Part shown: positions 39,501-40,437 of the stretch, piece after piece
Layout of the letters: every line of letters begins with the position of its first letter
Numbering within the stretch: the stretch's first letter is position 1
Source: Catajapyx aquilonaris
Lineage: Eukaryota
Direction: 5' to 3'
Length of the DNA: 40,437 nt
Assembly: GCA_000934665.2 (NCBI GenBank)
Contig: KZ538198.1
Location: 62,001-102,437 of the forward strand
Translations under genes and position numbers: made by a program
Notes under the pieces: model-generated
The model's input: the letters and a program-made list of their open reading frames with translations, nothing else
The model's database searches: none
Told to the model about the DNA's origin: nothing

Positions 39501-40437
39501 GGAATGGACAGTAAATTCTGGTTGGCTGAAGGACTGCCAAATTGCATTCGGAACAAATTAAACCAATGGTAGCTCGTTATGTGACACTGGACACTATTCT
39601 TCAGGGAATAGGAGGAAAAAATTAAATGTCAGCCGATGCAATTAGCAGTTTTCTCTTGGCATCGTTTCGTGTCTTGCATGTCAGCCCAAGATGTTAGGTT
39701 ACACCTTCACTAATTAGCAGGGCATTTTGTGCACGTGACAGGCTAATCCCCCCCGCCTACCAAGTCCAATTTAGCTCCTCCCAGTGATTGGTTAATAAGT
39801 GGCAACCAAGTTTCAGTAGTAATTATTAGACTTCAATTAATGGAGCGGATTGGTTTTGGCGGAGAAGCAGTATAGCTTCTTGAAAATGGGAAGGAGCTCT
39901 AAGCTCCCTTGCGCGAGATATACACCCGCGTTAATGTGACTTAGGCCCGAGATGCCCCGCTGGTGCAAACTTTGTTGAGCTGAGTTTTCATCTCAGGGAA
40001 GCCTCGCAGCATGACGGCGTCAAGTTGGTTTAAGGCACGAGTTGGGATTTTCAAACTATCCGCGATCTACCCTCTTTTTTTTTAGTCTTATGCGAATCTA
40101 ATTACTGATATCTGAGCAAAACTGTCACTACGTCTGGGATTTGAGTAACTAACATGCGCCTTTTATTGTTATCAGCAAAAGAGCAAAATATTTTTGGAAG
40201 TGACCTAACCGTGGCGCGGCATCTCACGAGGCAATATTTATAGCCGTTCTTATTCCGTATCAGAAAACCCATGATTCTGTTGAATCTGAGCCTCTTCCTC
40301 CGACCTGATCCGATTTGTAGACAGGTAATTTAGCGCATCCTCTTTTGTCTTATTTACGACTTCCCGTTCCGGGGGAATATTCCAGCAAGCTTGTGTTATT
40401 CTTGGGAACTTCCTTGGGCTTGATAAGCGATAAGGCT

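Noticed and set aside
1..40437. The many 60-150 aa ORFs in the six-frame track as stand-alone genes
   Set aside because: They have no recognisable domains, often use non-ATG starts and overlap randomly, as expected in intronic DNA. Only those overlapping the exons or TE relics above carry signal.
1..40437. CRISPR array, tRNA/rRNA, operon or phage system
   Set aside because: No regularly spaced repeats, RNA-gene signatures or dense coding were seen. The spliceosomal exon-intron structure shows this is an animal locus.

Overview
Eukaryotic (animal, probably arthropod) genomic DNA, almost entirely intronic. It holds the middle of a + strand CAPON/NOS1AP (DYC-1-like) PTB-domain adaptor gene. Five small coding exons (930-1001, 13661-13753, 19578-19633, 21285-21393, 36364-36508) have canonical AG/GT boundaries and compatible phases, and splice into a continuous PTB domain ([131 protein letters not shown]...). 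The first exon and the C-terminal exons lie outside the window. The most notable extra feature is a protein-like exon inside the 15-kb intron (ATG 31336/31390 to a phase-0 donor at 31650). It can splice in frame to the SQAMR exon, predicting a PTB-truncated short isoform with its own N-terminus carrying an RVxF-like RKKLSF motif. The introns also contain candidate micro/poison exons, heavily decayed transposon relics (Gypsy-like, Kolobok-like, possibly Penelope-like), short microsatellites and three assembly gaps, each followed by poly-G. No prokaryotic genes, CRISPR arrays, rRNA or tRNA were seen. Most ORFs in the supplied track are spurious.
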